This document shows positions 43,659-53,980 of a DNA stretch of 64,000 nt, in pieces. Both the position numbers and the translations under genes were made by a program. Origin of the DNA: an uncultured Spirochaetota bacterium (lineage in GTDB: Bacteria > Spirochaetota > Spirochaetia > SZUA-6 > CAVTHK01); assembly GCA_963734495.1 (NCBI GenBank), contig CAVTHK010000010.1, positions 32,001-96,000 on the forward strand. The letters run 5' to 3'. The notes below the pieces were generated by a model, which did not search any database, was not told where the DNA came from, and saw only the letters and a program-made list of their open reading frames with translations. Positions within the stretch are counted from its first letter, which is position 1. Each line of letters starts with the position of its first letter.

Positions 43659-45176
43659 ATGGAAACCGGCGCAGCAAAGGTCGTCATCGACCGCGACTTC
43701 GTGATCGGAGCGGTGGACCCGCGGATCTTCGGCTCTTTCGTCGAGCACATGGAGCGCGTCGTCTACGGGGGCATCTACGAGCCCGGGCATCCTCTGGCCG
43801 ACGAGGAGGGCTTCCGCAAGGACATCATCGGCCTGGTGAGAGAGATGGGCATCCCGATCGTGCGCTACCCCGGCGGCAACTTCCTGTCGGGGTACAACTG
43901 GCTCGACGGGATCGGCCCCAGGGATCGCCGGCCGAGGCAGCTCGACCTCGCGTGGATCGCGGTCGAGTCGAACGAGATCGGGCTGAACGAGTTCCTCGCC
44001 TGGTCGCGAAAGGCGGGGACCGAGGTGAACATGGCGGTGAACCTCGGCACGCAGGGGATCGACGCGGCGAGACACATCGTCGAGTACTGCAACCACAGCG
44101 GCGGCAGCACCTGGAGCGACCTGAGAAAGGCTCACGGCCACGCGGCCCCCTACGGCATCCGGACGTGGTGCCTGGGCAACGAGATGGACGGCCCGTGGCA
44201 GATCGGGAGCCGGACCGCCCAGGAGTACGGCCGCATCGCCGCCCAGGCCGGGATGGTGATGAAGAAGGTCGACCGGGACATCGAGCTCGTCGCCTGCGGC
44301 AGCTCGAACGACAGGATAGGGAGCTACCCCGAGTGGGACTCGGTGGTGCTCGACCACACCTACGACGTGGCCGACTACATCTCGCTGCACATCTACTATT
44401 CCGGGGTGGGCTCCGACACTCCGACCTACCTCGCCCGGACGCTGGACATGGACAGGCAGATCAAGACGATCGTCGCGGCCTGCGACCTGGCCAGGGCGAA
44501 GAAGCGCAGCCGCAAGACCATGTACCTGTCGTTCGACGAGTGGGGCCTTTGGTCCGAAGAGGAGCGCGCGCATCGCAACGCCTGGAGCTGGCGCTGGGAG
44601 GACGCCAATGCGATCAGCGAGGGGATGTACTCGTTCGAAGACGCCCTGGTGGCCGGCTCCATGCTCCTGACCCTTCTGAACAACGCGGATCGCGTGAGGA
44701 TCGCCTGCCAGGCCCAGCTTGTGAACCACCTTTCGCTCTTCAACTGCGCAAAGGGCGGCGCGTCCTGGAAACAGACGCTCTTCTACCCATTCAAGCACGC
44801 GTCGCTTTACGGACGGGGCACGGCGCTGAGGTGCGTGGTCGACTCGCCTCGCTATGACACAAAGGAATACGGCGGCGTACCGCTGCTCGACACTGCCGCC
44901 GTGGCAGGCGACGGCACGCTCACGATCTTCGCGATCAACCGCGACCTCGAGAAGCCGCTGGTCCTGGAGACGCATCTTCGCGGACTCGGCAGGCAGAAGC
45001 TGAAAGAGCACATTGTCTACGAGAGCGACGACCTCAAGGCGGGCAACACCCTCGCGAGGCCCGACGCGGTCGTCCCGCGCGCCGGCAGCGGATGCGTGGT
45101 CGACGGCGAGCGGTTGCGCGTCGCCCTTCGGCGCGCTTCGTGGAACGTCATCAGACTCGAGAGCGTCAGGCAGTAA
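43659..45176 (+). CDS. GH51 alpha-L-arabinofuranosidase
   Basis: FGSFVEH, RYPGGNF, WCLGNEMDGPWQ, SFDEW. Confidence 0.93.
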   Translation: METGAAKVVIDRDFVIGAVDPRIFGSFVEHMERVVYGGIYEPGHPLADEEGFRKDIIGLVREMGIPIVRYPGGNFLSGYNWLDGIGPRDRRPRQLDLAWIAVESNEIGLNEFLAWSRKAGTEVNMAVNLGTQGIDAARHIVEYCNHSGGSTWSDLRKAHGHAAPYGIRTWCLGNEMDGPWQIGSRTAQEYGRIAAQAGMVMKKVDRDIELVACGSSNDRIGSYPEWDSVVLDHTYDVADYISLHIYYSGVGSDTPTYLARTLDMDRQIKTIVAACDLARAKKRSRKTMYLSFDEWGLWSEEERAHRNAWSWRWEDANAISEGMYSFEDALVAGSMLLTLLNNADRVRIACQAQLVNHLSLFNCAKGGASWKQTLFYPFKHASLYGRGTALRCVVDSPRYDTKEYGGVPLLDTAAVAGDGTLTIFAINRDLEKPLVLETHLRGLGRQKLKEHIVYESDDLKAGNTLARPDAVVPRAGSGCVVDGERLRVALRRASWNVIRLESVRQ

Positions 45177-45190
45177 CGCGGCGGCGCCGA

Positions 45191-46049
45191 TCAGGCCCGG
45201 CCGCTCGCCATGCAGGAGCGGATCCACTCGCGCACGACCTCGACGATGCGCGGGCGGATCGCCTCCTGGATGTCCACCGTGTGCGCGGCCCGCTCCATGT
45301 CCTTGAGCTCGTCGCGCAGGCTGGTCAGGTACGTGTGCCTGATGATGGTCCCGACGTTCACCTTGGCTATGCCGTTCTTGATGGCGCGGCGGACATCCTC
45401 TTCAGGGATGCCGGTGCCTCCGTGCAGCACGAGCGGCACGGAGACCAGCTCGTGGACCCGGGCCAGCCGCTCGAAATCGATGTGGGGTTTCCCCTTGTAG
45501 AACCCGTGCGCCGTCCCGATCCCGACGGCCAGCGCATCCACGGCGCAGGCCTCGACGAGCCGGGCCGCCTCCTCGGGATCGACCAGGGCCTGCTCTTCCG
45601 CCGGCCGTTCCCTCGTCCTTGCTCGCGGGTATCCTGCCGATCTCCGCCTCGACGGCGACGCCCTTGCGCCGCGCGTATTCCACCACCTGCTTCACGATCC
45701 CGATGTTCTCGGCCAGCGGGTGCATGGAGGCGTCGATCATGACCGAAGGGTAGCCGGCGTCGATCGCGGCCTTGCAGAGGTCGAGGCTCGCGGAGTGGTC
45801 CAGGTGATGCACGACGGGCACGCGCGCGCGAGCCATCGCGGCGACGCCGATCGCGCCGCACATCTCGATGCCCAGCGCTTTGACGACCTTCGGGATCGAC
45901 GCGAGGAGAATCGGCGCCTTTTCGGCCTCGGCCGCGTCGACGATCGCGCGCATGTCCCATATGTCCGAGTAATTGAAGGCCGGAACGGCGTAGCCCCCCG
46001 CCTGAGCCTTCTTCAGCAGTGTCCTCAGCGTCGAACCGGTTACCACCAT
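45191..46049 (-). CDS. Class II fructose/tagatose-bisphosphate aldolase family (frameshifted)
   Basis: YAVPAFN, HLDH, SVMIDAS, GTAHG, LVLHGGTG, KVNVGT. Confidence 0.9.
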
Positions 46050-46053
46050 TCTT

Positions 46054-47493
46054 TCATCCTCTCAGGTACGTCTCGATCTCTTCGCGCGTAGGCTCCACGG
46101 GGTCGGGCGCGAGGCCCGGGATGTAGCGGCAGGCTTCGAAGAGAACAGGCGCGACGTGGCCGTGGATCCCCACGCAGTGATGGATGTACGGCCCATAGAT
46201 GAACTTGTGCTCCCAGGCGGGCCAGTCCTTGAACTCGATCCAGACCCAGGTTCCGTGCGTGGACGGGCCATCGACGCCGCGACCGTGCCCCATCAGCAGC
46301 GAGTACTCGCCCTTGATGCCGTCGAAGCGGGCGATCGTGATCTCGCCGCCCCGGATCTCCCAGGCGCCGACCATGGGCGCCTTTCGATTGTAGTGGTGGC
46401 ACAGGGCGGGTTCGCAGCCTTCCTTTATGAGGCTCCTCGGGAACACGCCGCAGTGCCAGAAGAGCTCGGCGTTCTTTTTTTCGGGGTGCCGGATCGTCAC
46501 GTCGGCCAGGAAGATCGGGGTCTCCCACAGCCGCGCGGCATGGGCCATCACGGCGGTCACGGCCCCGTGGATGTCGGCCTCGCAGATGGTCGGCAGCCCT
46601 TCGCCGGTCAGCTCGGAGAAGGTGAAGCACGGCGTGATCCCGACGGTCTCGAACATCGGGCCCCAGCACTGCGCCGCGGCCGCCGTGAGCCCCTGCTCCT
46701 CGGCCCAGGTCCGGATGGCCAGGCGCAGCGCGGCCGAATTGCGCAGAAGCGCGGCGTCGAAGTCGATGCGCTTGATGTCGCGCCTGATCTCCGCGACCAT
46801 CTCCGAGATCTCCTCGCGGCGCTCGCTCATGGCCCGGTCGAACATCTTCTTCAAGTCCGGAAGCGTGATCGGGAACACCTCGATGCCGAAGCGCTCCAGG
46901 AGCTCGGCCTCGTTGACCTTGACCGACCAGAACGCCGCGGGACGGACGTCGATCTGGCCGATGCGCATGCCGGAAAACGCCTTGACGACGGCGGCGGCGG
47001 CTATGAAGTTGTCGAACCCGCGTTTCAGGACGGGGTCGCCCACTGGACAGTTGGTGATATAGGTGAAGGGCACCCCCACCCGGCTCAGCACCTTGCTGGT
47101 GGCGAAGAGCCCGCACTGGCTGTCCCGCAGCCTCGAGCCATCCGCCGCGGGCGCGTCGTCCTGCGGCCCCCAGATGAGCAGCGGCTTTCCGACCTTCTTC
47201 GCGAGCCTCACGACCGCGTCCTCGGCGCCGAAGTTGCAGTGAGGAGCGAACACCGCGTCCACCTCTTCGTCGGCGAACTTCCTCGCCACGCGGTCCGCAT
47301 CGGCGTCGTTAAAGAGAAGCCCCTCGGCGTTGAGGAAATCGAGATTGACGAAATCGACGCTCTGCTGCGACAGCCACTGCTCCACGAGCTTCTTGTACCG
47401 GTTCGCCTCACCGACATTGAAGGCCTTCTCGCTGTTCATGGCCCGCCTCGTGGGGGCGAAACCCAGCTTGACCCTGCGCCTCCGTTGCACCAC
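46054..47493 (-). CDS. L-fucose/L-arabinose isomerase-like protein
   Basis: HCNFGAE, RDSQCG, QCW, CEADIHGA, WHCG, GPYIHH. Confidence 0.82.
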   Translation of the reverse strand: MVQRRRRVKLGFAPTRRAMNSEKAFNVGEANRYKKLVEQWLSQQSVDFVNLDFLNAEGLLFNDADADRVARKFADEEVDAVFAPHCNFGAEDAVVRLAKKVGKPLLIWGPQDDAPAADGSRLRDSQCGLFATSKVLSRVGVPFTYITNCPVGDPVLKRGFDNFIAAAAVVKAFSGMRIGQIDVRPAAFWSVKVNEAELLERFGIEVFPITLPDLKKMFDRAMSERREEISEMVAEIRRDIKRIDFDAALLRNSAALRLAIRTWAEEQGLTAAAAQCWGPMFETVGITPCFTFSELTGEGLPTICEADIHGAVTAVMAHAARLWETPIFLADVTIRHPEKKNAELFWHCGVFPRSLIKEGCEPALCHHYNRKAPMVGAWEIRGGEITIARFDGIKGEYSLLMGHGRGVDGPSTHGTWVWIEFKDWPAWEHKFIYGPYIHHCVGIHGHVAPVLFEACRYIPGLAPDPVEPTREEIETYLRG

Positions 47494-47514
47494 ACCGCCC
47501 TCCTGTTCCGCCGA

Positions 47515-48462
47515 CTATCCGGCGCGGCCCGAACGCTCCATGTACTCGATGACCTGGTCCATGCTCTTCACCGCCGAAGTCGACCCCACCTCCGTGACGC
47601 TTACGGCCCCGACGGCGTTCGCGAAACGGCAGCAGCGCTCGGGGTCCCAGCCGCGCAGGACTCCCGTGAGAAACCCGGCCACGAAATTGTCCCCGGCACC
47701 CGTGGTATCCACGACCTCCGCGGCAAAGCCGCCGATGAGGCTCGCCGCCCGACGCGTCCGCAGGTAGCAGCCCCGGTCTCCGAGCTTGACCACGACGCAT
47801 CCTGCCCCCGAATCGAGCAGGGCCTCCGACATTCTCGCCGGGTCAGTCTCGCCGGTGAGATCCCGGGCCTCTTCGTAGCTCGGGAGCAGGTAGTCCACCT
47901 GCCTCAACGCGTCCCGGATGCCTTTCAGCCCCGTGCCGTAGGTGTCGTGCTTGGTGTCGGCGGCCGTCGTGCAGCCTCTGGCCCGGGCGGCCTCCAGCAG
48001 CGCGGCAGCGCCCGCGCCGTCCAGCGCCGGCAGCGCGAGCAGGCTCCCGATGCATAGGAGACGCGCGCCGGTGGCGAGCGACACGTCGATGTCTTCGAGC
48101 GAAAGCTTCTCGCTCGCGTGCCTGTGGGACAGGAAGTTCCTGCTTCCGTCCCTGTTGATCAGGATCACGCAGGTGCTGGTGCTCACCCTCGGGTCTACCT
48201 GGACCCCGGCGGTGTCGACGCCCGCGGAACGGGACGTCTCGATGAGAAAGCGGCCGAAGCTGTCGTCGCCCACTTTCCCGCAGAGCAGCACCCTGCTGCC
48301 GAGCCGGGAGAGGACGATCGCCTCGTTCATCGCGTCGCCGCCCGCCGTGAGCTCCATCTTCTCCACGAGCGTCACGTCGACGTCGAAGACCGCCCTGCTC
48401 ACGGGCCGGACCGGCAGATTGGCCGCCATCATGCCCACGCACGCCACGTCGTACAAGACCAT
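47515..48462 (-). CDS. PfkB family carbohydrate kinase
   Basis: GGDAMN, GKVGDDSFG, DTTGAGDNFVAGF. Confidence 0.9.
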   Translation of the reverse strand: MVLYDVACVGMMAANLPVRPVSRAVFDVDVTLVEKMELTAGGDAMNEAIVLSRLGSRVLLCGKVGDDSFGRFLIETSRSAGVDTAGVQVDPRVSTSTCVILINRDGSRNFLSHRHASEKLSLEDIDVSLATGARLLCIGSLLALPALDGAGAAALLEAARARGCTTAADTKHDTYGTGLKGIRDALRQVDYLLPSYEEARDLTGETDPARMSEALLDSGAGCVVVKLGDRGCYLRTRRAASLIGGFAAEVVDTTGAGDNFVAGFLTGVLRGWDPERCCRFANAVGAVSVTEVGSTSAVKSMDQVIEYMERSGRAG

Positions 48463-48494
48463 CGCCTTTCGGATTGCGGCACTGTCCTGCTTTG

Positions 48495-48529
48495 AAAGGA
48501 AAGGGTGTGGGCGGAGTCCACCCACACCC
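48495..48529 (-). terminator. Intrinsic terminator or stabilising hairpin after the SBP gene
   Basis: GGGTGTGGGTGG...CCGCCCACACCC followed by TTTCCTTT on the minus strand. Confidence 0.6.
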
Positions 48530-48539
48530 CGCTTACGGT

Positions 48540-50261
48540 CTACTTGCCGGCCATCTTGGACTTCATCGCCTGGTCGATCCACAGCGAAGTGATCATCGGC
48601 ATGTACTGGTAGTACGTGGCCTCAACCTCTCCGTAGTAGTTCTTGAGCCAGGGCCAGTAGACGAGGAGACGCGACGCGGCCGCGATCGGAAGGTACGGCA
48701 CGTCGTCGAGGATCTGCAGCGAGAGCTTGCGGAAGATCTCGTTCCTCGCCGCCGGGTCGATCGTGCTCGCGCCGAGCTTGAACTGCGCGTCGACGTCCGC
48801 GTTGGCGTAGTTCGCCGGGTTGATCATCTCGCCGGTCACGTGGAGCTGCAGGGCGCGCACCGGGTTCACGGTCAGCGTGCTCTCGCTGAGGATGTCCTTG
48901 TACTTGTGGCTGAGCCTCAGGGCGTCCTTGGCCCCCGGCTCCATCACCGTGAGCTTGACGTTGACGCCGAACTTCTTCCACTGGTCGACGATCATCGCTC
49001 CCAGCTCCTGCTGGGTCTGGGAGTTGTCGACGATGAACTCCACGGAGAAGCCGTTGGGGTAGCCCGCGGCCGCCAGCATGGACTGCGCCTTTTTCGGGTC
49101 GTAGACGAACAGCTCGGCCTGAGACGGCGGCAGCTTGTCGAGCGGCGTGTAAATGTCGGGCGTGATCAGCGGGTAGGTGTGGATCTCGCCTTCGCCGTAG
49201 AGGGCCTTGGCGATCGCCCGCAGGTCGGTCCCGATCATCACCGCGCGCCTGACTTCCTTCTTGCTGAAGTACTCGGAGTCGTTCTTCAGGGAGAGCCTCA
49301 GGTTCGTGCCCGCGAGGAACTTCTTCATGATCAGGTTGGGATTCGTCTTGAGGGTGCTCTCGTACTGCAGAGGCGCCATCGTGTTGAGGTCGATCTGTCC
49401 GGTGCGCGTCGCGGCGATGGCGGTCGACTCATCGGTGATGATAGGGAACACCAGCTTGTCGATGAACGGGACGTCGTCGTAGACCTTGCCCTTGACCGTG
49501 GCGGTGCCCCACCAGTTGGGGTTCTTGACGTAGGTCGCGCCGGAGCCCGGAACGTAGCTCTGGATCATGAAGGGTCCCGTTCCGGTCGTGTTCCTCCAGT
49601 CGGAGGCGCCGGCCTTGACCTCTTCGGGAGCGTAGATCGGCGTGCACCAGCCGAACGCAAGCAGGTACGACCAGTCCGCCCAGTAGCTGTTGGTGCGGAC
49701 GATCACCTGGTTGCCCGGGCCCCTCTCCACGGATTCGATGAACGGGGTCCGCCCCTTGCCGCTCTTGCCTCCCCTGATCGAGTTCACGTAGCGGTTCAGG
49801 CTGAAGTACACGTCGTCGGCGGTGAACGGCCGGGCCTTCATGCCGATCCTCTCGTTGGCCTGCCACATGATCCCGGCGTTTTCACGCACGTAGAAGATCA
49901 GAGTCTTGGGGTCTTTCCACTCCCACCGTTCGGCGAGCATCCCCTTGAGGTACTGCTCGGGCACGAACTCCTGGAACCCGAACGAATAGGTGTTGTTGCC
50001 CCTGGGGCCGTACTTCTCTATGTCACCGACGGCAAGAAACTCCTTGTACGGGTTCGCCCAGAGGGTCGCCGGGCTCCCCGCGGGGTCGATCGTATCGAAG
50101 CTGTCCGTGCCGTTCTGCACCCAACCGACCCTCACCGTGAGCGTCCCGCCGTACTGGGGCGTCCCTTCGGCCGCGGCTGGGGCGGCCGCCTCCTTGGTGG
50201 GGCTTCCAAAGGCAATCGCCGCCAACAGCGCGAATGCCAGGACGACTAATTTCCGCTTCAT
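48540..50261 (-). CDS. ABC substrate-binding protein, family 5
   Basis: PQYGGTL, LAERWE, FTADDV, GTGPFM, VRRAV. Confidence 0.88.
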   Translation of the reverse strand: MKRKLVVLAFALLAAIAFGSPTKEAAAPAAAEGTPQYGGTLTVRVGWVQNGTDSFDTIDPAGSPATLWANPYKEFLAVGDIEKYGPRGNNTYSFGFQEFVPEQYLKGMLAERWEWKDPKTLIFYVRENAGIMWQANERIGMKARPFTADDVYFSLNRYVNSIRGGKSGKGRTPFIESVERGPGNQVIVRTNSYWADWSYLLAFGWCTPIYAPEEVKAGASDWRNTTGTGPFMIQSYVPGSGATYVKNPNWWGTATVKGKVYDDVPFIDKLVFPIITDESTAIAATRTGQIDLNTMAPLQYESTLKTNPNLIMKKFLAGTNLRLSLKNDSEYFSKKEVRRAVMIGTDLRAIAKALYGEGEIHTYPLITPDIYTPLDKLPPSQAELFVYDPKKAQSMLAAAGYPNGFSVEFIVDNSQTQQELGAMIVDQWKKFGVNVKLTVMEPGAKDALRLSHKYKDILSESTLTVNPVRALQLHVTGEMINPANYANADVDAQFKLGASTIDPAARNEIFRKLSLQILDDVPYLPIAAASRLLVYWPWLKNYYGEVEATYYQYMPMITSLWIDQAMKSKMAGK

Positions 50262-50323
50262 GTCGCCTCCTTAGCGTTGTGCCTTTACCCGGAGCCGGCT
50301 CTCCCGGGGCTCCGAGCCGTCCT

Positions 50324-51268
50324 TCATCCTCCTTCGCTATCCTTCGCGGCCATCCGCCGTCTCATCCTGATCCCGTAACGTCCGGCGCCCTTGAGGCGCG
50401 GGTCCAGAATATCACGCAGTGCATCGCCGAACATGTTCACGCCGAACACCACGATGCCGAGGGCCAGGCCCGGCCAGATGGCCATCCAGGGAGCCATGAA
50501 CATGTAGGAGCGGCCGCTGCCGCTGAGCATCCCGCCCCAGCTCGGCGCCGGCGGGGGCACGCCGTAGCCGAGGAAGCTCAGGCTGGCCTCCACCAGGATC
50601 ATGAAGGGGACGCGCGTGGTGAAGAGGATGATGATCGCGGCCATGATGTTCGGCAGGATGTACCTGACGAGGATCCGGGTCGTCGAGCAGCCGGTGGCGA
50701 CCGCCGCCGTTACGTAGGCGTTCGCCTTGGTCGCGATCGTGGCGCCCCTCACGACCCGCGAGCCGACGATCCCGTACCCCACCCCCATCACGAGGATGAC
50801 GCTCCAGAGGCCGGACCCGATCATCGAGATGACGACCATCAGCACGATCAGGATCGGAAAGCACATCCAGGAATCGACGAGCCTCTGGAGCAGCAGGTCG
50901 AGCCTTCCGCCCACGTAGCCGCTCACCAGGCCTATGAACGTGGAGATGGCCGTCGCGATCGTCGCCGCCGACAGCCCGACGATCACCGAGATGCGCGCCC
51001 CATAGATGATGCGGCTCAGCATGTCGCGGCCCATATTGTCCGTGCCGAGGAGGTAGCGGGCGGACGGCGGGGACAGCATGTCCGACGTGTGCTGCTCGTT
51101 CGAGCCGTAAGGCGCGAGGACGTCCGCGAAGATCCCGGTCAGCAGCAGGAGCAGCGTGATGACGGCGCCGACGGTGCCCAGGGGCTTCTCCCTGACGAGC
51201 CTGCGGGCGAAGACGGCGAATGACGATGGTCTCTTGCGCGGCGTCGTTGCCGAAGCGCTATCGGTCAT
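50324..51268 (-). CDS. ABC permease, OppC/DppC-like
   Basis: LGTDNMGRDMLSRIIYGARIS, EASLSFLG, FGDALRD. Confidence 0.9.
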   Translation of the reverse strand: MTDSASATTPRKRPSSFAVFARRLVREKPLGTVGAVITLLLLLTGIFADVLAPYGSNEQHTSDMLSPPSARYLLGTDNMGRDMLSRIIYGARISVIVGLSAATIATAISTFIGLVSGYVGGRLDLLLQRLVDSWMCFPILIVLMVVISMIGSGLWSVILVMGVGYGIVGSRVVRGATIATKANAYVTAAVATGCSTTRILVRYILPNIMAAIIILFTTRVPFMILVEASLSFLGYGVPPPAPSWGGMLSGSGRSYMFMAPWMAIWPGLALGIVVFGVNMFGDALRDILDPRLKGAGRYGIRMRRRMAAKDSEGG

Positions 51269-51277
51269 CGGCTGCCT

Positions 51278-52231
51278 TCACTTGTGGGAGACCCGCGGGT
51301 CGAGCACGCTGTAGGCCACATCGACGATCAGGTTGATGAGCACCAGGGCGATCGCGTAGACGAAGAGCACGCCGCTCACCATCGTGTAGTCCCTCTTCTG
51401 CGTCGACTCGATGATGAGGCGGCCCATGCCGGGCAGGCTGAAGATCTGCTCGATGGCAACCGTCCCCCCGATCATGATCGGGAGCTGAAGCCCGACGAGC
51501 GTGATCACGGGGATCAACGCGTTCTTCAGAGCATGCCGCGCCACGACCGCCCGCTCCCGCAGGCCCTTCGCCCAGGCCGTCCTGATGTAGTCCTGCCGCA
51601 GCACCTCGAGCATCATCGTCCGCGTCATCCTCATGGTGAGCCCGGACATCCCCATGCCCAGGGCCACGGCGGGGACCAGGAACATCCCGAGGTTGCCGAT
51701 CGGGTCCGCGGTGAAAGGGATCAGCATCAACGGAGGGGAGTGCCCCCACCAGATCGCGGGGAACACGATGATCATGGTGGACAGCCAGAAGTCGGGGACC
51801 GCGATGCAGATGATGGCGAAGGTCCGCGCGGCGTAGTCCGCCCAGACGTCCTGCCTGAGCGCGGAGTAAACGCCGATCGGGAGGGCGATGAGCTGCGACA
51901 CGATCAGCGCGAGGAATCCGAGCTCGAAAGTGACGGGCCACCTCGCCCTGATCTCGTCCGTCACCGGCAGCCGCGACCACAGGGACTTGCCGAGGTCGCC
52001 GTGCATCAGGATGTTCCCGATCCAGCGGCCGTACTGCGTGAGCAGCGGCTCATCCAGCCCCAGGGCGGTCCGCAGCGCAGCCCGGTCGCCGTGGGTGGCG
52101 TAGTCCATCTGGCCCACCATGCGATCCACGATGTCGCCCGGGATGAGACGCATGATGAGGAAGACCGCGACGCTCACAAGGAACACCGTCGGGATCAGCA
52201 GGAGCAGCCTTCGCAGGATGTACGCGCGCAT
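51278..52231 (-). CDS. ABC permease, OppB/DppB-like
   Basis: YILRRLL, GDLGKS, QDYIRTAWAKGL, LDPRV. Confidence 0.9.
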   Translation of the reverse strand: MRAYILRRLLLLIPTVFLVSVAVFLIMRLIPGDIVDRMVGQMDYATHGDRAALRTALGLDEPLLTQYGRWIGNILMHGDLGKSLWSRLPVTDEIRARWPVTFELGFLALIVSQLIALPIGVYSALRQDVWADYAARTFAIICIAVPDFWLSTMIIVFPAIWWGHSPPLMLIPFTADPIGNLGMFLVPAVALGMGMSGLTMRMTRTMMLEVLRQDYIRTAWAKGLRERAVVARHALKNALIPVITLVGLQLPIMIGGTVAIEQIFSLPGMGRLIIESTQKRDYTMVSGVLFVYAIALVLINLIVDVAYSVLDPRVSHK

Positions 52232-52252
52232 GGTGATCGGGTTCCGTGGCGG

Positions 52253-52290
52253 GTAGTCTGGGGTACGGGACTCCCGTTGTCAAGGACTAC
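52253..52290 (-). promoter_or_regulatory. Promoter of the sugar ABC operon with palindromic operator
   Basis: TTGACA-17-CAGACT; ACGGGA-C-TCCCGT (52265-52277) within the spacer; outer GTAGTC/GACTAC arms. Confidence 0.55.
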
Positions 52291-52392
52291 ACGCTATGGC
52301 GGCCGGCCCAGGCGGTTCGGACCCGCTCCGAAGCGCCGAGCCCATGCTCAACGCGAGTGTGTGGTAGGATGGCCGCGAATGGAGGACGCGCC

Positions 52393-53872
52393 TTGAACCA
52401 CATATCCATCTCCCTGGAGCGAGTCTCGGGTCCGATCGATCGCAACATCTTCGGATTGTTCAAGGAGTTGCGCCCCATGAATCGCGGCATCTACCAGCCC
52501 GATTCCCCTTTCGCCGATGACGACGGATTCCGCACCGACGTGCTGGAGGCCACGCGTCGCCTGAAAATCTCGAACATCCGCTGCATCGGGGGCAACACCA
52601 TCTCCGGGTACCGCTGGATGGACGGCGTGGGCCCGAAGAGCGACCGCCCGGTGCGCCACGACATCGCTTGGGACCTCATCGAGCACAACCAGGTCGGCAC
52701 CAACGAGATGATCCGCTTCTGCCGCAAGGTGAACGCCGAGCCCTACTTCGTCGTGAACTGCGGCGACGGGGACATGCGGGAGGCGGGCGACTGGGTGGAG
52801 TACTGCAACGGCACGGGCGACAGCTCGCTCGCGAGGCTCCGGCGCGCGCACGGGTTCGACGAGCCGCACCGCGTCACGTACTGGGGGATCGGCAACGAGG
52901 TCGACGGCCCCTGGCAGATCGGCTACAAGACGCCGCAGGAGTACGCGCGCGCCTGCACCGAGTTCGCGAAGGTGATGAAGATGACGGATCCCGCCATCAA
53001 GCTGGTGGCCGCGTTCGTGTCCTCCTGGCGCACCGAGATCGTCGAGAGGGGGCGGCTGCTGCTTGAGCAGGCAGGCGGCCTCATCGACTACATGGCGATT
53101 CACTGGTACGTCGGGAACCCTGGCGGAATCGCGGACCCGCCGGGGCGCGCCGGGGCAGCGCGAGGTCGACTTTGCCACCTTCATGACCCTCTCCGAGCTC
53201 TTCGAAGAGCGCTTGGCCGCCTGCGAAGGGCTGATCCGCGCCGCCCGCCTGGACAACGACATCAAGCGACCGATCCCCCTCGCCCTCGACGAGTGGGCCG
53301 TCAGGCATCAGCCGAGCCGCAACGTGGACCTGCCCCAACGGCTCGAGGACGCTCTGGTGGTGGCCATGAACTTCAATGCCGTCATCCGGCATGCGCATTC
53401 GGTCAAGATGGCGAACTTCTCCGGCCTCAACCGGCGCCTGGTGATGCCCGGCCCGGACGGGATGGTGCTCCAGACCAGCTTCTACCCGTTCGAGGTCTAC
53501 AGCCGGACCTGCGGGCAGGAGGCGCTCGACGTGCGGTGGAGCGGCGACACCTTCGGGGCCGGCGAATACGCCGGCGTCCGCGTCCTCGACGTCTCTGCGA
53601 CGCTGGACCGGGGGCGGAAGGAGCTCGTCGTGTACGTCGTCAATCGAAGCGCGACCCTGCCGGAGGAAACGACGATCGCGTTGACCGACGGGCGGTTCCG
53701 AGGCAACGTGAGCGTGCAGGTGGTCAACGGCCCCGGCATCGAAAGCGCCAACACATTTGAAAGCCCGCGGGAGGTCGAGACGCGGGAGGCGCTCCTGAAG
53801 GCCTCGGGGAGCTCCCTCACGTGCTCGTTCGAGCCTCACTCTGTCACCGCGCTGATCTGTCCCGTCGGCTGA
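52393..53872 (+). CDS. Second, divergent GH51 glycoside hydrolase (TTG start; frameshift near 53150)
   Basis: GGAGGA RBS; GGNTISGY, WGIGNEVDGPWQ, ALDEW, FEPHSVT. Confidence 0.85.
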
Positions 53873-53980
53873 CGCGCTGCACCGTGCCCGGGTGCGCCGT
53901 CCGGACGCCGCTGCCAGGGTAGGTGCACAAACGGCGAAATTTCTGTATGCTGCGCGTGAAGTAAGAAACAAGGGGGGACG

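Noticed and set aside
53880-53980. c-di-GMP or other riboswitch upstream of the HNH-like gene
   Set aside because: Only a superficial GCACAAA/GAAA resemblance; I could not build the required stems.
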